Below the pieces are notes generated by a model that had not been told where the DNA came from, ran no database searches, and saw nothing but the letters and a program-made list of their open reading frames with translations. Both the position numbers and the translations under genes were made by a program. Of a stretch of DNA of 64,000 nucleotides, positions 30,347-42,054 are shown piece by piece; the first letter of the stretch is position 1; each line of letters starts with the position of its first letter. Source of the stretch: an uncultured Gemmatimonadales bacterium (GTDB taxonomy: Bacteria; Gemmatimonadota; Gemmatimonadetes; Longimicrobiales; Gaopeijiaceae); assembly GCA_963809895.1 (NCBI GenBank), contig CAWELD010000003.1, positions 2,400,001 to 2,464,000 on the forward strand. The letters are read 5' to 3'.

Positions 30347-33292
30347 ATGCCGAACCCTCCTCATGCCAGCTCGGGCTCCGGCTCCACCCGGAATCCCGCG
30401 CCCGTCTTCGAAGCCTCTCTCGGGCGTGTCGCCCGTCTCGCCTGCGAGGTGCTCGGCACCCCCATCGCCTATCTGACACTCCTCCAGGACGGCGGCCTCC
30501 AACTCGCAAGCGTACGGGGAATCCCGCCCCTCGAGCCGCCCGACGGCTTCGAGGACGAGGAGTCCGTCGCCGGCGCTCTGGGTGTCTCGACCCGGGCCAC
30601 GGCACCGATCCGCGGCCGCGACGACAGCTGGCTGGGGTCCCTGTCCGTAGCCCATCGAGGGGCCCATGACTGGACTCCCGAGGAGCACGCTCTCCTCGAG
30701 GACCTGGCCACCGCTGCCGGGGCCGAGCTGCGACTGCGCGCCGAAACCGATGCCCTGGATCGCTCCCAGCGCTGGGCGCAATCCCAGAAGGACATCCTGG
30801 AGCTGCTGGCTCGCGACGCGGATACCGACGAGGTCCTGGACCGGCTCGCCCGCAGCGTGGAGGACAGACTCGACGACGTCGTGGTGTCCATCCTCCTCCT
30901 CAACAACGACGGCACCGAAGTCTTCCACGGGGCGGCCCCGAGCCTTCCGCGGAGCTTCGTGGACGCTGTGGACGGCGCCCGGCCCGAAGAAGGCGCCGGC
31001 TCATGCGGCACGGCCATCGCCCGACGAAGCGTCATCTACACCGAGAACATCGAGACCGACCCGCTGTGGAACCATTGGGGGCCGGTGGCCCTGGCCCACG
31101 GCCTGAAAGCGTGTTGGTCCTCTCCGCTTCTGCAGCCCGACGGCACCTGCCTGGGCACGTTCGCCCTCTACCGCGCGAGTCCGGGACTTCCCGGCGACCA
31201 CGAGAAGGAGGTCATCCGACAGGCCACTTCGGTGGCGGTGCTCGTCGTCGAGACCCACCGCGGCCGCCGGAGCCTGCAGTTGGAGCGTGAGCGACTGGCG
31301 CTGGCGCTGGAAGGGTCGCAGGCCGGGGTCTGGGACTACGACGTGGCGAGCGGCGAGGTCAAGCGGAGTCCCCTGATGGCGCAGGCGCTGGGGTACGACA
31401 CCTCCGAGCTGGAGGGGCGGATCACGGACTGGGAGAACCGGATCCATCCCGACGAGCGGGACGAGGTGCTGGCGTGTTTCCAGGCTCACCTGAGGGGAGA
31501 CACGCCCCTGTTCGAGTCGGAGCACCGCCTTCGCCACCGCTCGGGTGGCTGGGTCTGGGTCCTCGACCGCGGGCGCGTGGTGGAGCGTGACGCCGAGGGT
31601 CGTGCGCTGCGGGCCGTGGGCACCCTCGTGGACATCAGCGAGCGCAAGGACAGGGAGCAGCAGCGCATCGAATCGGAGCAGGAGCAACTGCGCCTCATGC
31701 GCGAGTTGGAGCAGCAGCAGGCACGACTCACGACGCTGCTGCAACAGCTCCCCGTGGGTGTGGTGCTGGCGGAGGCACCGTCCGGCGAGGTGGTCCTGTG
31801 GAATCACGAGATGGAGGCCATGACCCAGGGCAGCGACCTGTCGGCCCACACCGCGGCGGACTACGGCCGGTGGGAGGCCTATTGGCCCGACGGCAGCCCC
31901 CTGGCGGCTGGCGATTGGCCCCTGTCCCGCGCGCTCGAAGGGGAGATCGTACGCGGCGAGGAGTTCTGGTCTCCCGATCCGCTGGACCCGGAGCGCCAGC
32001 AATGGTGGCGGGTGAACGCGGCCCCCATCCGCGACCGCGAAGGCACGATCCGTTCGGCGGTGGTGACCAGCGAAGACATCACCCGGCACCGTACCACGGA
32101 GGAGGCGCTCCGGCAGAGTCAGGAACAGCTCCGCCACGCCCAGAAGATGGAGGCGGTGGGACGCCTGGCCGGGGGCATGGCCCACGACTTCAACAACCTC
32201 CTCACCGCGATTCTCGGGTACGGGGAGTTCCTCCTCGAACAGATGGAACCCGACTCCCGTTCACGCGAGGACGTCACGGAGATCGTGGACGCGGCCGTGC
32301 GGGGCCGCTCGCTGACCCATCAGCTCCTGGCGTTCAGCCGGAAGAGCAGCTGGCGACCCGAGATCGTGACCGTGAACGAGGTGGTGCGCGCCTCCGGTCG
32401 ACTCCTGGAGAGGGTACTGGGCGAAGGTGTGGTGCTGGACACGTCGCCCGATCCCGACGCCGGGACCGTGCGGGTCGACCGCAATCAGCTCGAGCAGGTG
32501 CTGGTGAACCTCGCCCTGAACGCCCGTGACGCCCTGGGCGAGTCGGGCGGGGCGATCCGCATCGCCTCCGCCACGGTGGACCTCCGCCAGCCCCGGGTCC
32601 GGGAGCCCGAAGCGGTGCCGGCGGGCCGGTGGGCCACCATCGCCGTGTCCGACGAGGGCGTGGGGATGGCCGACGAGGTGCGGGCCCACGTCTTCGAACC
32701 CTTCTTCACCACCAAGGAACGCGGCCGCGGCACCGGTCTGGGCCTGGCCACCGTCTACGGCATCGTGAAGCAGGCCAAGGGCTTCGTCACGGTGGAGTCG
32801 GAGCCCGGCCGTGGCAGCACCTTCACGGTCTACCTGCCCGTGGCTTCCCAAGCGGCCGTGGTCGACGACGACCCCGCACCGACCCGGGCCCTCCCGGCGG
32901 GCACGGGTCTCGTGCTCCTGGCCGAAGACCAGCAACAGGTGCGCTCGTTGATCGCTCGGCGGCTCCGCTCGGCGGGGTACGAGGTCGTGGAGGCGCGCCA
33001 CGGTCGAGAAGCGCTCCAGGCCTTCGAACGACTCGACGGCGAGGTAGACCTGGTGCTCACCGACGTGGTCATGCCCGAGATGGACGGGCGCGCGCTCGCC
33101 GCCGAGCTCCGAGCCAGGGCCCCGAACCTCCCCGTCCTCTACATGTCCGGCTACACCGGCGGCGACCGGGACCAGGACGCGCGCTCCGGGAGCGCCATTC
33201 CCGAGGTCGATCTGCTGCTGAAGCCCTTCGATGCGGAGGAGCTTCTGGCGCGGGTCGCCGAGCGCCTCCGGAGGGATGCCGTCCAGGATTGA
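30347..33292 (+). CDS. Hybrid sensor histidine kinase (GAF-GAF-PAS-PAS-HisKA-HATPase-REC)
   Basis: [47 protein letters not shown]. Confidence 0.93.
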   Translation: MPNPPHASSGSGSTRNPAPVFEASLGRVARLACEVLGTPIAYLTLLQDGGLQLASVRGIPPLEPPDGFEDEESVAGALGVSTRATAPIRGRDDSWLGSLSVAHRGAHDWTPEEHALLEDLATAAGAELRLRAETDALDRSQRWAQSQKDILELLARDADTDEVLDRLARSVEDRLDDVVVSILLLNNDGTEVFHGAAPSLPRSFVDAVDGARPEEGAGSCGTAIARRSVIYTENIETDPLWNHWGPVALAHGLKACWSSPLLQPDGTCLGTFALYRASPGLPGDHEKEVIRQATSVAVLVVETHRGRRSLQLERERLALALEGSQAGVWDYDVASGEVKRSPLMAQALGYDTSELEGRITDWENRIHPDERDEVLACFQAHLRGDTPLFESEHRLRHRSGGWVWVLDRGRVVERDAEGRALRAVGTLVDISERKDREQQRIESEQEQLRLMRELEQQQARLTTLLQQLPVGVVLAEAPSGEVVLWNHEMEAMTQGSDLSAHTAADYGRWEAYWPDGSPLAAGDWPLSRALEGEIVRGEEFWSPDPLDPERQQWWRVNAAPIRDREGTIRSAVVTSEDITRHRTTEEALRQSQEQLRHAQKMEAVGRLAGGMAHDFNNLLTAILGYGEFLLEQMEPDSRSREDVTEIVDAAVRGRSLTHQLLAFSRKSSWRPEIVTVNEVVRASGRLLERVLGEGVVLDTSPDPDAGTVRVDRNQLEQVLVNLALNARDALGESGGAIRIASATVDLRQPRVREPEAVPAGRWATIAVSDEGVGMADEVRAHVFEPFFTTKERGRGTGLGLATVYGIVKQAKGFVTVESEPGRGSTFTVYLPVASQAAVVDDDPAPTRALPAGTGLVLLAEDQQQVRSLIARRLRSAGYEVVEARHGREALQAFERLDGEVDLVLTDVVMPEMDGRALAAELRARAPNLPVLYMSGYTGGDRDQDARSGSAIPEVDLLLKPFDAEELLARVAERLRRDAVQD

Positions 33293-33377
33293 TGCCTGCG
33301 ACCAGGGGCGGGGCTATCTTGGCCGGCACGGTCGACGGCGAGACGAAGTCGGAAGACGAGCGGAGGAGGTGTGACCC

Positions 33378-34151
33378 ATGACGAGCATTCCCCGAGGGCG
33401 ATTCTGCTGGTACGAGTTGATGACCACGGATCCGGGCGCGGCCGATGACTTCTACGCGGCAGTGGCGGGTTGGGGCACCGAGGAGTGGCAGGGGAGCGAC
33501 CCACCCTACACGTTGTGGAAGAACGGCCCCACGGCCCTGGGCGGCCTCATGGAGCTTCCCGGGGAAGCCGCGGCGGCTGGCGTGCCGCCGCACTGGATCG
33601 CCTACGTGTCGACGCCCGACTTCGACGCCTCGCTGCAGGAGGCCCGGGCGACTGGCGCCGAGCTCGTGTGGGGACCCCGGAGCCTGCCCGGCGTGGGACG
33701 GTTCGCCGGCATGCGGGATCCGCAGGGAGCCATGTTCGCCCTGTACGAGCCCGCCGGCGAGGCCCCGGGTCACGACGGCGTCGCCGGTCCGGGCGAGTTC
33801 TCCTGGCACGAGCTTGCCACCAGCGACTGGGAGCAGGCGTGGCGTTTCTACGCCGCCCTCTTCGACTGGCAGAAGGGCGAGGCCATGGACATGGGCGAGA
33901 TGGGCACGTACCAGATCTTCAACCGGGGTGCTCACCCCGTGGGGGCCATGTTCGACAAGCCGCCCCAGATTCCCGTGCCCAACTGGCTCCTCTACGTGAG
34001 AGTCCCCGATATGGACGCGGCGATGGAGGCCGTGCGGAATGGGGGCGGTCAGGTGCTCCACGGTCCGATGGACGTCCCCGGCGGCGACTCGATCACCCAG
34101 TGTCTGGATCCGCAGGGTGCGGCGTTCGCCCTGCACCACGTGGCTTCCTGA
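33378..34151 (+). CDS. VOC/glyoxalase family protein (two domains)
   Basis: GRFCWYELMT..A..FY, duplicated DPQGA.FAL; GGAGG RBS. Confidence 0.9.
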   Translation: MTSIPRGRFCWYELMTTDPGAADDFYAAVAGWGTEEWQGSDPPYTLWKNGPTALGGLMELPGEAAAAGVPPHWIAYVSTPDFDASLQEARATGAELVWGPRSLPGVGRFAGMRDPQGAMFALYEPAGEAPGHDGVAGPGEFSWHELATSDWEQAWRFYAALFDWQKGEAMDMGEMGTYQIFNRGAHPVGAMFDKPPQIPVPNWLLYVRVPDMDAAMEAVRNGGGQVLHGPMDVPGGDSITQCLDPQGAAFALHHVAS

Positions 34152-34152
34152 T

Positions 34153-36826
34153 TCACTCGCCCCGCATGGCCGTCACCGGATCCACGCGAGTGGCCCGAAG
34201 CGCCGGGACGAGGCTGGCCACCACCGCCACCGCGGCGAGGACACTGGTCACGATCCCGTAGACCACGGGATCCCGGGGACCGACGCCGTAGAGCTGGCTG
34301 GACAGGAAGCCGGCCAACAGCAGGGCGGCTGCGAGCCCCAGCAGGAGGCCCAGGCCCGCCACGGCGCCCCCCTCGCGGAGCACCATCCGCCGAACATCCG
34401 CCGCCGAGGCGCCCAAGGCCATGCGTATGCCGAGCTCGGAGCTGCGCTGCGCCACGGCGTACGCCAGGACGCCGTAGACCCCCACGGCGGCCAGGACGAG
34501 GGCCATCACCCCGAACGCCACCAGCAGCAGCGTGCTGAATCGGTCCCGCGCCATGGCGTCGCCCACCACGTCGTGCATGGCACGCACGCGGCTCATGGCC
34601 ACCTGCGGATTCACCTCCGCAAGTGCCGCCCGAGCGCCGTCGACCAGGGTCAGCGGGTCCCCGTCGGTGCGGAGCAGCACGGTCATTCTCCGCATGGGAC
34701 CCTGCCGGAAGCTGAAGTAGAAGGCCGGCTGCGCGGGTGTCCGGATTCCCTCGTAGGGCATGTCCTTCACCACGCCCACGATCTCGGCCTCGCTCATGAG
34801 GACCGCCCCCAGCGGTCCCCAGCGGTACGCGAGCCCGGCAAGGCGGTGCCCCACCGGGTCCTCGCCGGGAAAGAACCGCCGCGCCATGGCCTCGTTCACG
34901 ACCACCGCTCCCGGCGCGTCCAGGCGATCGGCCGCTTGCAGGGTGCGGCCCTCGTCCAACGGTGTGCCCAACGTCTCGAAGACCTCGGGACTGGCATGCC
35001 GGAAGAAAGCGCGCCGCTCCTGACCCGGCTGCGTGGGGTCGTCCACGATGGAGAAGGGTTGCGAGTAGTCGAGCCCCTCGCCCAGCGGCAGGGTCGACAC
35101 CGCCGCCGCGGAGCGCACGCCGGGAATCTCACGCACACGCGCCAGATAGCGGTCGTAGAAGTCGATGACCCCCTGGTCCTCCTCGGCGGCCCCCTGGCTC
35201 ACGTCCAGCTGCAGCGTCAGCAATCCGTCGGCCCGGAATCCCGTATCCACCGCCCGGAGCTGCATGAAGCTCCTCACCAGGAGACCGGCACCCACGACCA
35301 GGATCACGGCCAGCGCGAGCTGCGCCACCACGAAGGCGTTCTGGAGTCGGATGCCACGCACGCCCCGTGTGCCCCGGGCACCCTCCCGGAGCGCCGAAAA
35401 ACTGCCGGGGCCCAGGATGCGCACCACGGGCGCCAGACCGAAGAGGAGGCCGGTGAGGAGCGTCGCTCCGACCACCGCCAGCAGGATCCCCCCGTTCAGA
35501 CCCACCTCGTCCACCCGGGGCAGTCCGGCCGGCGCGATACGGCGCAGCGCGGCGATCCCCGCCCAGGCCAGGCCCAGGCCCGCCACACCACCCAGCGTGG
35601 CCAGCACCAGGCTCTCGGTGAGAAGCTGGCGGGCGATGCGCCGGCGTCCGGCACCGAAGGCCTGACGCACCGCGACCTCGCGGGCCCGGACCTCGGCCCG
35701 GGACAGGAGCAGGTTGGCGACATTGGCGCAGGCGATCAGTAGGATGAAGGCGGTGGATGCCAGCAGGATCCACAGCGCGCTCCTGGTGCTGCCGACCACC
35801 GTGTCCGCCAGGCCCTCCACCGCCACGCCCCAGCCGCGGTCCTCCTCGTGGATCTCGCCCAGCCGCGTGGCCACCGCCGCCATGTCAGCCCGGGCGCGCT
35901 CCACCCCGGCCCCGGGCTCCAGGCGTCCCACGACGCTCATCCAGCGCGCGATCCTGCCCTGGATGGTCATGGGCCAGTTCATGTTGATCCACAGGTCCGC
36001 CTCGGCGGGCCAGCGCTGACGGTCCGCCACGACGCCGACCACCTGGAAGTTGGACCCGTCGATGGTGATGTCGCGTCCCACCACCGCTGGATCGGCCCCG
36101 AAGGAGCTGCGCCACAACGCCTCGCTCAGAATCACGACCTGGGTGGACCCCGGGCCGTCACCGGCGCCGAAGGTGCGCCCGAGCAGAGGCGGCACGCCGA
36201 GCACGTCGAAGTAGTTCTCCGTGGTGAAGACCTGTGTGATCTGCTGCGCCACCTCGTCGACCCCGGTGAGCGTTCCGGTGGTGGGCCAGTAGGCGGACAT
36301 GCCCGAGAAGGTCGTGGCCTGCTCCCGCCAGTCGCCGAAGTCCTGGGGCGAGACGAAGTAGCGGTCCTGCCCCTCTTCCGGGTTGTGGGTCCACAGCAGC
36401 GCGAGCTGGTCCGGGTCCTTGAACGGCAGCGGCTCCAGAAGCACGGCGCGCACCACGGAGAAAATGGCCGTCACCCCGCCGATGCCCAGGGCCAGGGTGA
36501 GGACGGCGACCACCGTGAACAGGGGGTTCTTTCTCAGGGCACGAAGGGCGTAACGGACGTCCTGCACGGTGACCTCCAGATGTCTCGTTCCGCGGGCTTC
36601 GCGGGACTGTTCCTTGAATCGCTCGACGCCGCCGAACGCCACCAGGGCACGCCGGCGAGCCTCCTGCGGCGGCACGCCCCGGCGCAGCAGGCGCTCCGTC
36701 TCCATCTCGATGTGGAAACGCACCTCTTCGTCCAACTCCTCCTCCACCCGGTCCCGCCGCGCCAGCGATCGGAGCCGGAGCGTCACCGCCCGCAGGCGGT
36801 CGGCGAGCCCTGAGCAGGACCCTCAT
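34153..36826 (-). CDS. ADOP/MacB-type duplicated ABC permease with prefix domain; probable frameshift near 36814
   Basis: EELDEEVRFHIE, LTLALGIG, LLIACANVANLLL, ELGIRMALGA, DP..AMR.E; an ATG overlapping the PadR stop joins the frame if one base is removed. Confidence 0.9.
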
Positions 36827-37158
36827 GCGCGACGGGCCTGGAGGATGGCCTCCACGGCGCCGCTGAACAGATCCCACTGCGCCCGTTCCTCGCCCAATTG
36901 GGCGCGACCCAGCGCCGTGAGGCGATAGAACTTGGCGCGCCGGTTGTTTTCCGAGGATCCCCACTCGGACCGGATCCAGCCGCGGTGCTCCAGCCGGTGG
37001 AGCGCGGGATAGAGCGAGCCCTGGTTCACCTGGAGCACCTCGCTGGACATGTCCCGGATGCGCTGTGACACACCCCAGCCGTGCATGGGCTCGTCCAGCG
37101 ACAGCACCTTCAGAATGAGCAGCTCCAGCGTGCCCTGAAGGAGATCCGCCCGCGTCAT
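36823..37158 (-). CDS. PadR family transcriptional regulator (acidobacterial type)
   Basis: LLQGTLELLILK, GSLYPALHRLE, SENNRRAKFY. Confidence 0.92.
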   Translation of the reverse strand: MTRADLLQGTLELLILKVLSLDEPMHGWGVSQRIRDMSSEVLQVNQGSLYPALHRLEHRGWIRSEWGSSENNRRAKFYRLTALGRAQLGEERAQWDLFSGAVEAILQARRA

Positions 37159-37253
37159 GGCATGCACCTCACGAGTGACCTGTCGAAGCTTGAGGGGAAC
37201 GCGTCACGGTATTGGACGCCACGCTCCAGCGAAAGGTTGCGATGAGAAACCGA

Positions 37254-37292
37254 CCGGCCCCGGCACACCCGCGGAGGGCATGCCGGGGCCGG
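37254..37292 (-). terminator. Probable terminator after glutamine synthetase
   Basis: CCGGCCCCGGCA...TGCCGGGGCCGG hairpin. Confidence 0.5.
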
Positions 37293-37332
37293 GAGTCGCC
37301 GGCGTCTGCCGGCGGCGCCTACCGCCGCGTCG

Positions 37333-39519
37333 TCACTTCACGAACAGCATGTCCCGGTAGGTGGGGATGGGCCACAGGTCGTCGGGGATCACCTTCTCCA
37401 GGCGATCCACCACCGCCCGCACCGCGCTCATGGCCGGAACGATGTGGTCCCGCATGTGCCGCGCCTTGGAATCCAGTTCGTCACCGCCGAGCTCGGCGTT
37501 CTGCTCCACCAGGACGTCCAGCGTCTCCCGCAGCTCGTCGATGAGGCCCGCCAGCTCTCTGGCCGTCTCCTCGAGGCCCGCGCTCTTCACGCCGAGCCGG
37601 TCGCCCCGGTCCAGCGTGGTGAGCAGCTCCGACAGGTAGCGGGTCGCTGCCGGCAGGATCATGGTGCGCGCCATGTCGGCCGCGGTCTCGCCCTCGATGT
37701 TGATGGTCTTGAAGTACTGCTCCAGGAGGATCTCGTGTCGGCTCTCGAGCTCCCGGCGCGACAGCACGCCGTAGGTCTCGAAGAGCTCGGCGTTCTTGGC
37801 GTCCACCAGCGACGGAAGCGCGTCCAGCGTCGTGCGCTGGTTGAGCAGCCCGCGGCGCTCCGCCTCCTCCACCCACTCCGGCGAATAGCCGTCGCCGTTG
37901 AAGATGACCCGCTTGAACCCCTTGACCTCGCGACCCAGGAGCTCCCGGAGAGCGTCTCCCAGCTCCTCGCCCCGCTCGCACGCACCCTCGAGCTCCGTGA
38001 CCATCTCGTCGATGGCCTCGGCGACGATGGTGTTGAGGACCGTGGCCGGCATGGAGATGCTCTGGCTCGAGCCCAGCGCGCGGAACTCGAACTTGTTGCC
38101 CGTGAAGGCGAAGGGCGAGGTGCGGTTACGGTCGCCCGCGTGGCGCGGCAGATGGGGCAGCGTCTTGACCCCGAGCCCCAGCAGGCCGCCGGCCTTGCTC
38201 CCGCTGGCGCTCCCCACGTTCTCGATTTGCTCGAAGACGTCGGTGAGCTGATCCCCCAGGAAGACCGAGATGATCGAGGGCGGCGCCTCGTTGGCGCCCA
38301 GGCGATGGTCGTTGCCGGCGAAAGCGATGGACGCCCTGAGCAGGTCCTGATGCCGCTCCACGGCACGCAGGACCGCCGAGCAGAAGAAGAGGAATTGCAT
38401 GTTGTCGTGCGGGGTCTCACCGGGCTCCAGCAGGTTCTGGCTCTCGGTGCCGAACGACCAGTTGAGGTGCTTGCCGCTCCCGTTCACACCGGCGAACGGC
38501 TTCTCGTGCAGGAGGCACACCAGCCCGTACTTGCGGGCGACGCGCCGCAGCGTGCTCATGGTGAGCTGCTGATGGTCGGCGGCGATGTTGGAGTCCTCGT
38601 AGATGGGCGCCATCTCGTACTGAGCCGGCGCGACCTCGTTGTGGCGGGTCTTCACCGGCACGCCCAGTCGGTAGAGCTCCAGCTCCACCTCGTTCATGCA
38701 ATCCAGCACCCGATCGGGAATGGAGCCGAAGTAGTGGTCCTCGAGCTCCTGGCCCCGGGGCGGCTTGGCGCCGAACAGGGTGCGGCCCGTGGTCACCAGG
38801 TCGGGCCGCCGGTAGACGAACTCCTCGTCGACCAGGAAGAACTCCTGCTCGGGCCCCAGGGTGGCCCGCACCACCCGCGCCGGCGTCTCGAACAATGCCA
38901 ACGCACGCATGGCCTGATCGTTGAGCGCCTGGATGGACCGCAGCAGCGGCGTCTTCTGGTCCAGGGCCTCGCCGGTCCACGAGGCGAAGGCCGTGGGGAT
39001 GGCCAGGTACGCGCCGCCGGCCCCCTCCATGAGGAAGGCGGGCGACGTCGGATCCCAGGCCGTGTAGCCCCGGGCCTCGAAGGTGGCGCGCAGTCCGCCG
39101 GACGGGAACGAGGAGGCATCGGGCTCGCCCTGCACGAGCTCGAGCCCGCTGAACTCGGTGATGGCCCGTCCGTCGCCCGTGGGCGCCAGGAAGGAGTCGT
39201 GCTTCTCGGCGGTGAGTCCCGTGAGCGGCTGGAACCAGTGGGTGAAGTGCGTGGCGCCCTTCTCCAGCGCCCAGTCCTTCATGGCCACAGCCACCGCGTC
39301 GGCCACGGTCGGGTCCAGCTCGGTGCCACCCTCGATGGTCCGCAGGAGAGCCTTGTAGGCGGGCCGGGGCAGCCGGGCCTGCATCTGGGCCAGGTTGAAG
39401 GTGTTCTCGCCGAACACCTCTTCGAGGCTCACCTTCTTCTTCTTGCCGTTGGTGCCGGCGGGCGACTGCTTCACGGCCGCCAGGCTGTCGAATCTCCGGG
39501 GGGTCACGACGCGGGTCAT
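37333..39519 (-). CDS. glnA: Glutamine synthetase type III
   Basis: [68 protein letters not shown]. Confidence 0.96.
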   Translation of the reverse strand: MTRVVTPRRFDSLAAVKQSPAGTNGKKKKVSLEEVFGENTFNLAQMQARLPRPAYKALLRTIEGGTELDPTVADAVAVAMKDWALEKGATHFTHWFQPLTGLTAEKHDSFLAPTGDGRAITEFSGLELVQGEPDASSFPSGGLRATFEARGYTAWDPTSPAFLMEGAGGAYLAIPTAFASWTGEALDQKTPLLRSIQALNDQAMRALALFETPARVVRATLGPEQEFFLVDEEFVYRRPDLVTTGRTLFGAKPPRGQELEDHYFGSIPDRVLDCMNEVELELYRLGVPVKTRHNEVAPAQYEMAPIYEDSNIAADHQQLTMSTLRRVARKYGLVCLLHEKPFAGVNGSGKHLNWSFGTESQNLLEPGETPHDNMQFLFFCSAVLRAVERHQDLLRASIAFAGNDHRLGANEAPPSIISVFLGDQLTDVFEQIENVGSASGSKAGGLLGLGVKTLPHLPRHAGDRNRTSPFAFTGNKFEFRALGSSQSISMPATVLNTIVAEAIDEMVTELEGACERGEELGDALRELLGREVKGFKRVIFNGDGYSPEWVEEAERRGLLNQRTTLDALPSLVDAKNAELFETYGVLSRRELESRHEILLEQYFKTINIEGETAADMARTMILPAATRYLSELLTTLDRGDRLGVKSAGLEETARELAGLIDELRETLDVLVEQNAELGGDELDSKARHMRDHIVPAMSAVRAVVDRLEKVIPDDLWPIPTYRDMLFVK

Positions 39520-39560
39520 GGCAGGGCTCCGAACGGGACGGGGGTACGGGCGACGGTCCC

Positions 39561-39589
39561 AAGATGCCGCGTCACATCGGGCCCTTCAA
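39561..39589 (-). promoter_or_regulatory. Putative sigma70 promoter of the GSIII gene
   Basis: TTGAAG-17 nt-CATCTT, with an AT-rich tract directly upstream. Confidence 0.45.
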
Positions 39590-39642
39590 GGCGCTTCGCC
39601 GTGATTATTGCATAATTTGTATTAGCCTAATTTATTTTCTTT

Positions 39643-41055
39643 ATGATAACACGAAAACTCATCGGACGCTCGCTGGAGCAGAAGCTCCTGGCGGATGTCC
39701 TGGACAACGCGGGGCCGGTCCTGGTGGTGATTCGCGGCGCCACCGGCGTGGGCCGCTCCACCCTGATCAGGGCCGCGCTGCCCCGACGCCGGGTCGCCTG
39801 GGTCCAGGGCGTGCCCCTCCCGGACGCGGTCCTGCGCCAGGTGGTTCTCGGCACGCTGGTGGAAGCCGAGGTGGTGGGTCCCGACGTGGAAGGGGATCCT
39901 CCGGAATGGCGCGCGCTCCTCGACGGTGTGGGTGAGCGCGTGGAGCGCACCCGGGAGCCCTGCATCCTGGTCCTGGACGACGTGGAGCACCTCGTGCGCG
40001 CTGGCGGTGGCCTCGCCGAAGCGCTGACCGACTTCTGGCGGGGGCTCCGCGCTCACGGACTCCCCGCCTTCGTGATCCTGACGTCGTCCGACCGCGACGC
40101 CCTGGACCACCTGGTGGGGCCCGAGGGGCCGTTGGCCGAGGCACCGGCGCTGGATCTGGAGCTCGAAGACCTGGAACTGGGAGCCGTCGCCGGGCACCTG
40201 TCCGCCTGGCCCGTCCGCGACCGTCTACTCGGGTGGGCAGCGTTCGGGGGCCGCCCCTCGCGGCTCAGGCACGTGGATCCCTCGCTGCAACTCGCCAGCA
40301 ACGTGCAGCGGCTCCTGCTGGACCCCGACGGCCCCCTCCATCGCGAGGGGCTGGAGACGTTGGCTCGTCACGTACAGAAACCCGAGCGCTACGCCGGCAT
40401 CCTCCGGGCGCTGGGCCGGGGTGCTCGGGACTGGGGGGAGATCCTGACGAGCGTGCAGGACTTCCAGTCCGGCAACCAGCTGGCGCCCTACCTGGCCACG
40501 CTCGACGATGCGGACCTCATCCGCACCGAGCGCTCCCTCGACGCCGGTCCCCGCTCCCGCAGCCGCCGCTACGAGATCCCCGACCCGTTTCTCGGCTTCT
40601 GGTTCGGCTGCGTGCTGGGCGAGCTCGGGGCCCTTCACCGCCGGGCTCCGGGTGACGTCTGGCGGCAGCGGGTCCGGGAATGCCTGGAGCGCCACGCTGG
40701 ACGCGTCATTCCAAGGGCGGTGCGTCGCTTCCTCCTCGAGCGGGGCGATACCGTGCTCCCCGCCAGGGCCCGGGAGGCCGGTGCCCTCTGGGGCACGGAC
40801 TACGAGGTGCCGGTGGCCGGCACGCTGCGAAACGGCGCCCCGGTCTACGGCGCGTGCGTCTGGGGCCGCACGGCACGCCCCGAAGACGACGAGCGACTCC
40901 TGGCGGCCATTCGCGAGACGCGGTACGGCTTCGGGCGGGAAGCCCGGATACGCATCGTGATCGCGCCCGACGGCGCCACCGATCAGCTCCTGCGGCGCGC
41001 GGCGCGCCACAACCTCTTGTGGGTCGTCACGCTGGAGGATCTGCTGGGATCCTGA
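39643..41055 (+). CDS. AAA/'archaeal' ATPase with DUF234-like C-terminus, degenerate motifs
   Basis: IGR..E, GATGVGRST, LVLDD, FGG.P, Y.I.DPF..FWF. Confidence 0.75.
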   Translation: MITRKLIGRSLEQKLLADVLDNAGPVLVVIRGATGVGRSTLIRAALPRRRVAWVQGVPLPDAVLRQVVLGTLVEAEVVGPDVEGDPPEWRALLDGVGERVERTREPCILVLDDVEHLVRAGGGLAEALTDFWRGLRAHGLPAFVILTSSDRDALDHLVGPEGPLAEAPALDLELEDLELGAVAGHLSAWPVRDRLLGWAAFGGRPSRLRHVDPSLQLASNVQRLLLDPDGPLHREGLETLARHVQKPERYAGILRALGRGARDWGEILTSVQDFQSGNQLAPYLATLDDADLIRTERSLDAGPRSRSRRYEIPDPFLGFWFGCVLGELGALHRRAPGDVWRQRVRECLERHAGRVIPRAVRRFLLERGDTVLPARAREAGALWGTDYEVPVAGTLRNGAPVYGACVWGRTARPEDDERLLAAIRETRYGFGREARIRIVIAPDGATDQLLRRAARHNLLWVVTLEDLLGS

Positions 41056-41158
41056 TGGCAGGACGCCGGAACGCCGCGCCGGGTGCGGGGGACAAGGGTG
41101 TCCGCCGACGCGGGGCGGCGCGGCCGCCCCCGACGTTCACCTTCAGGGAGCGAACGAC

Positions 41159-42016
41159 ATGGATTCGTTGGACCTTCCCGCACTCGTCTCCACCGTTCAG
41201 GGACTGTTGGCCACGTGGGGCCTCAAGGTCCTGGGTGCCCTCGCCATCGTTGTCGTGGGCCGCATCCTCGCCGGCTGGCTGCGCGGGCTCTCGGCCAAGG
41301 GCCTGCGCCGGGCGAGGATGGACGAGACCCTGGTCCCGTTCCTGGCCAACCTGATCTACGCCGGGCTACTCGCCTTCGTCATCCTGTCGGCGCTGCAGGT
41401 CCTGGGGATTCCCACGACGTCGGCGGTGGCGGTGCTGGGTGCCGCCGGCCTGGCCGTGGCTCTGGCCTTCCAGGGCACGCTCTCGAATTTCTCGTCGGGC
41501 GTCATGCTCCTCACCTTCCGGCCGTTCCGCGTCGGCGATTTCGTGGAGGCCGGCGGCGTGAGCGGCACGGTCAAGGAGATCGGCGTCTTCCTGTCGACAC
41601 TGGCCACGCCGGACAACGTTAGCATCGTGGTGCCCAACTCGAAGATCTCAGGCGAGATCATCAAGAACTACACCACCAACGACACCCGGCGCGTGGACCT
41701 GGTCATGGGCGTGGGTTACGACGACGACCTGGACGTCGCCATCCGCACCATCCACGAGGTCCTGGACGCCGACGACCGTGTCCTCGCCGAGCCAGAGCGG
41801 CTGGTGGCGGTGGACAATCTGGGTGCGTCGTCGGTGGACATCGTGGTGCGGCCCTGGGTGGCCACGCCCGACTACTGGGGCGCCAAGCGCGATCTGACCA
41901 AGGCGCTCAAGGAGGAGCTGGAAGCGGCTGGCTGCAACATCCCCTATCCGCAGCGCGACCTGCACCTCTTCTACGAGAACGCGCCGGTGACCGGCGACGG
42001 GCAAGCCACGGCCTGA
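41159..42016 (+). CDS. mscS: Small-conductance mechanosensitive channel
   Basis: GAAGLAVALAFQGTLSNF..G, RPFRVGD, RRVDL..GVGY, IPYPQ. Confidence 0.9.
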   Translation: MDSLDLPALVSTVQGLLATWGLKVLGALAIVVVGRILAGWLRGLSAKGLRRARMDETLVPFLANLIYAGLLAFVILSALQVLGIPTTSAVAVLGAAGLAVALAFQGTLSNFSSGVMLLTFRPFRVGDFVEAGGVSGTVKEIGVFLSTLATPDNVSIVVPNSKISGEIIKNYTTNDTRRVDLVMGVGYDDDLDVAIRTIHEVLDADDRVLAEPERLVAVDNLGASSVDIVVRPWVATPDYWGAKRDLTKALKEELEAAGCNIPYPQRDLHLFYENAPVTGDGQATA

Positions 42017-42054
42017 GGCTCGGCCTCGTGCCACCGGGGCGGCCGAGCCGATCC

